A DNA stretch of 62,369 bases, the filler included. It is 8 parts of 8 records of this genome, joined end to end, with 100 filler letters (N's around TTAATTAATTAA, not from the genome) between each part and the next. Parts side by side here need not be neighbours in the genome. Positions count along the whole stretch, not along the records: positions 53,382 to 62,369 come from SRR31156797_19371; 7 more parts are not named here. One strand, written 5' to 3'. This document shows positions 61,305 through 62,369 of this stretch, one piece after another. Numbering within the stretch: the first letter of the stretch is position 1; each line of letters starts with the position of its first letter. Position numbers and translations under genes: made by a program. The notes beneath the pieces were generated by a model. The model was not told the origin of the DNA, did no database searches, and worked only from the letters and a program-made list of their open reading frames with translations.

Positions 61305-62225
61305 ATGAATATCATACTTTGGATAATTTTATCAGCTGTAGCTGCATTTATCATTTATTTAATAATAACCAGCTTTATAATATCTCAAAAAGTACTTTAC
61401 CCCAATAAGTGTCCTATTGAAAGAATAAACAAAATACACACTGACCAAAATGTCATCGACTTTAAGTGGTACGAAAGTCTAAAGAAAGAGGACTTGTCCT
61501 TCAAATCCAAGTTCGGCTACAATATCCGAGCATTTATCGTATATAATCCTAAACCAACACAGAATGTAATCATACAAAGCCATGGCGTAACAATGCGGAG
61601 TGAATTCTCCCTGCGCTACATACATATTTTACTGAATATGGGCTACAATGTTCTATTCGTAGACAGCAGAAGCCACGGAGAAACTGGCGGCAAAGATGTA
61701 AGCTTTGGTTATTATGAAAAGCATGATTTGGCTCAAATCATAAAGTGGGCAAAAGAACATTATAGCGGAAAAGTAGGGCTTCACGGCGAAAGTATGGGAG
61801 CCGGTGTATCCATGCAGGCTGTGGGACTAGAAAGTGTGGATTTCCTGATTGATGACTGCGGATATTCAGGCTTTGACGAGGAACTAAAGCATAGGCTTAG
61901 AGAAACTTTTTATCTGATTGAACCTATTAACTATCCATTAACAAGGCTGTTTATCAAGCTTCGCAGTAAATTCGATGTCAATGACGTTTCTGGTATCAAG
62001 GCACTGGCAAATACAGATTTCCCAGTATTAGTAATTCACGGATCTGATGATGATTATGTGCCTTATTATATGGCAAATCTAGTATTAGAGAGCATTCCCC
62101 ATGAGAAGAAACATCTATATGCACCAAAGACCGTACATGCAGGTGCACTAACCCACGATACCAAAGAATATGAAAATCAGGTAAAGGCATTTCTATCTAA
62201 ATATGAGTTATATTTTGGTGAGTAA
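61305..62225 (+). CDS. Membrane-anchored alpha/beta hydrolase (YqkD-like)
   Basis: N-terminal TM, HG, D.RSHG, GESMG, DCGY, IHG..D..VP, His. Confidence 0.9.
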   Translation: MNIILWIILSAVAAFIIYLIITSFIISQKVLYPNKCPIERINKIHTDQNVIDFKWYESLKKEDLSFKSKFGYNIRAFIVYNPKPTQNVIIQSHGVTMRSEFSLRYIHILLNMGYNVLFVDSRSHGETGGKDVSFGYYEKHDLAQIIKWAKEHYSGKVGLHGESMGAGVSMQAVGLESVDFLIDDCGYSGFDEELKHRLRETFYLIEPINYPLTRLFIKLRSKFDVNDVSGIKALANTDFPVLVIHGSDDDYVPYYMANLVLESIPHEKKHLYAPKTVHAGALTHDTKEYENQVKAFLSKYELYFGE

Positions 62226-62369
62226 ACAATAAGTGAATTATACTACTGTTAAGTAGACAGCTTTCAGACTATCAAAAAGTCATTTTGCAGATAGAAACGA
62301 ATAATTTTAAACGGTATATTATATTATTATTTCCACCATAATTTAATGAGAAAATTCCTAAGCCCACTT

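Overview
This window is not one genomic locus. It is eight unrelated contigs joined by 100-bp N spacers, each carrying the all-frame stop linker TTAATTAATTAA. (1) 1-12246, AT-rich: sugar ABC permeases plus a GH30 hydrolase, an HxlR regulator and nitroreductase, a solute-binding protein, a Cache chemoreceptor, and a tandem-ABM lipoprotein/SnoaL/KefG-KefB-like cluster. (2) 12347-18895, Myxococcota/delta-like gene content: coaBC, an FHA-TM protein, IHF, a DMT transporter, an Fe-alcohol dehydrogenase and a stand-alone Cys-rich sigma70-region-4 protein. (3) 18996-24237: a chemoreceptor, sfsA coupled to a stand-alone SRA domain, mltG and cheR. (4) 24338-31629, GC-richer and Desulfobacterales-like: lapA-lapB-mutS-amidase, a phosphoesterase and an FmdB protein. 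(5) 31730-37558: a solute-binding protein, a thioesterase, a chromate transporter pair and two tandem Ig-like/alpha-beta hydrolase paralogs. (6) 37659-47179: a Bacteroidota Wzy-dependent polysaccharide locus. (7) 47280-53281, Arcobacter-like: a heme-c chemoreceptor and ruvA-ddl-hydrolase-murF-HIT. (8) 53382-62369, Clostridia-like: surE, srtB, a U32 protein, an SH3 protein, rex and a glutamate-5-kinase-like gene. Taxon labels are inferred from composition and gene content only. The best candidates for undescribed biology are the translationally coupled SfsA nuclease plus stand-alone SRA reader, a covarying SD-sequestering GGA-loop hairpin found twice in the Arcobacter-like contig, the exported tandem-ABM lipoprotein, the stand-alone sigma-4 protein and the Ig/hydrolase pair. 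No rRNA, tRNA or CRISPR array was seen.
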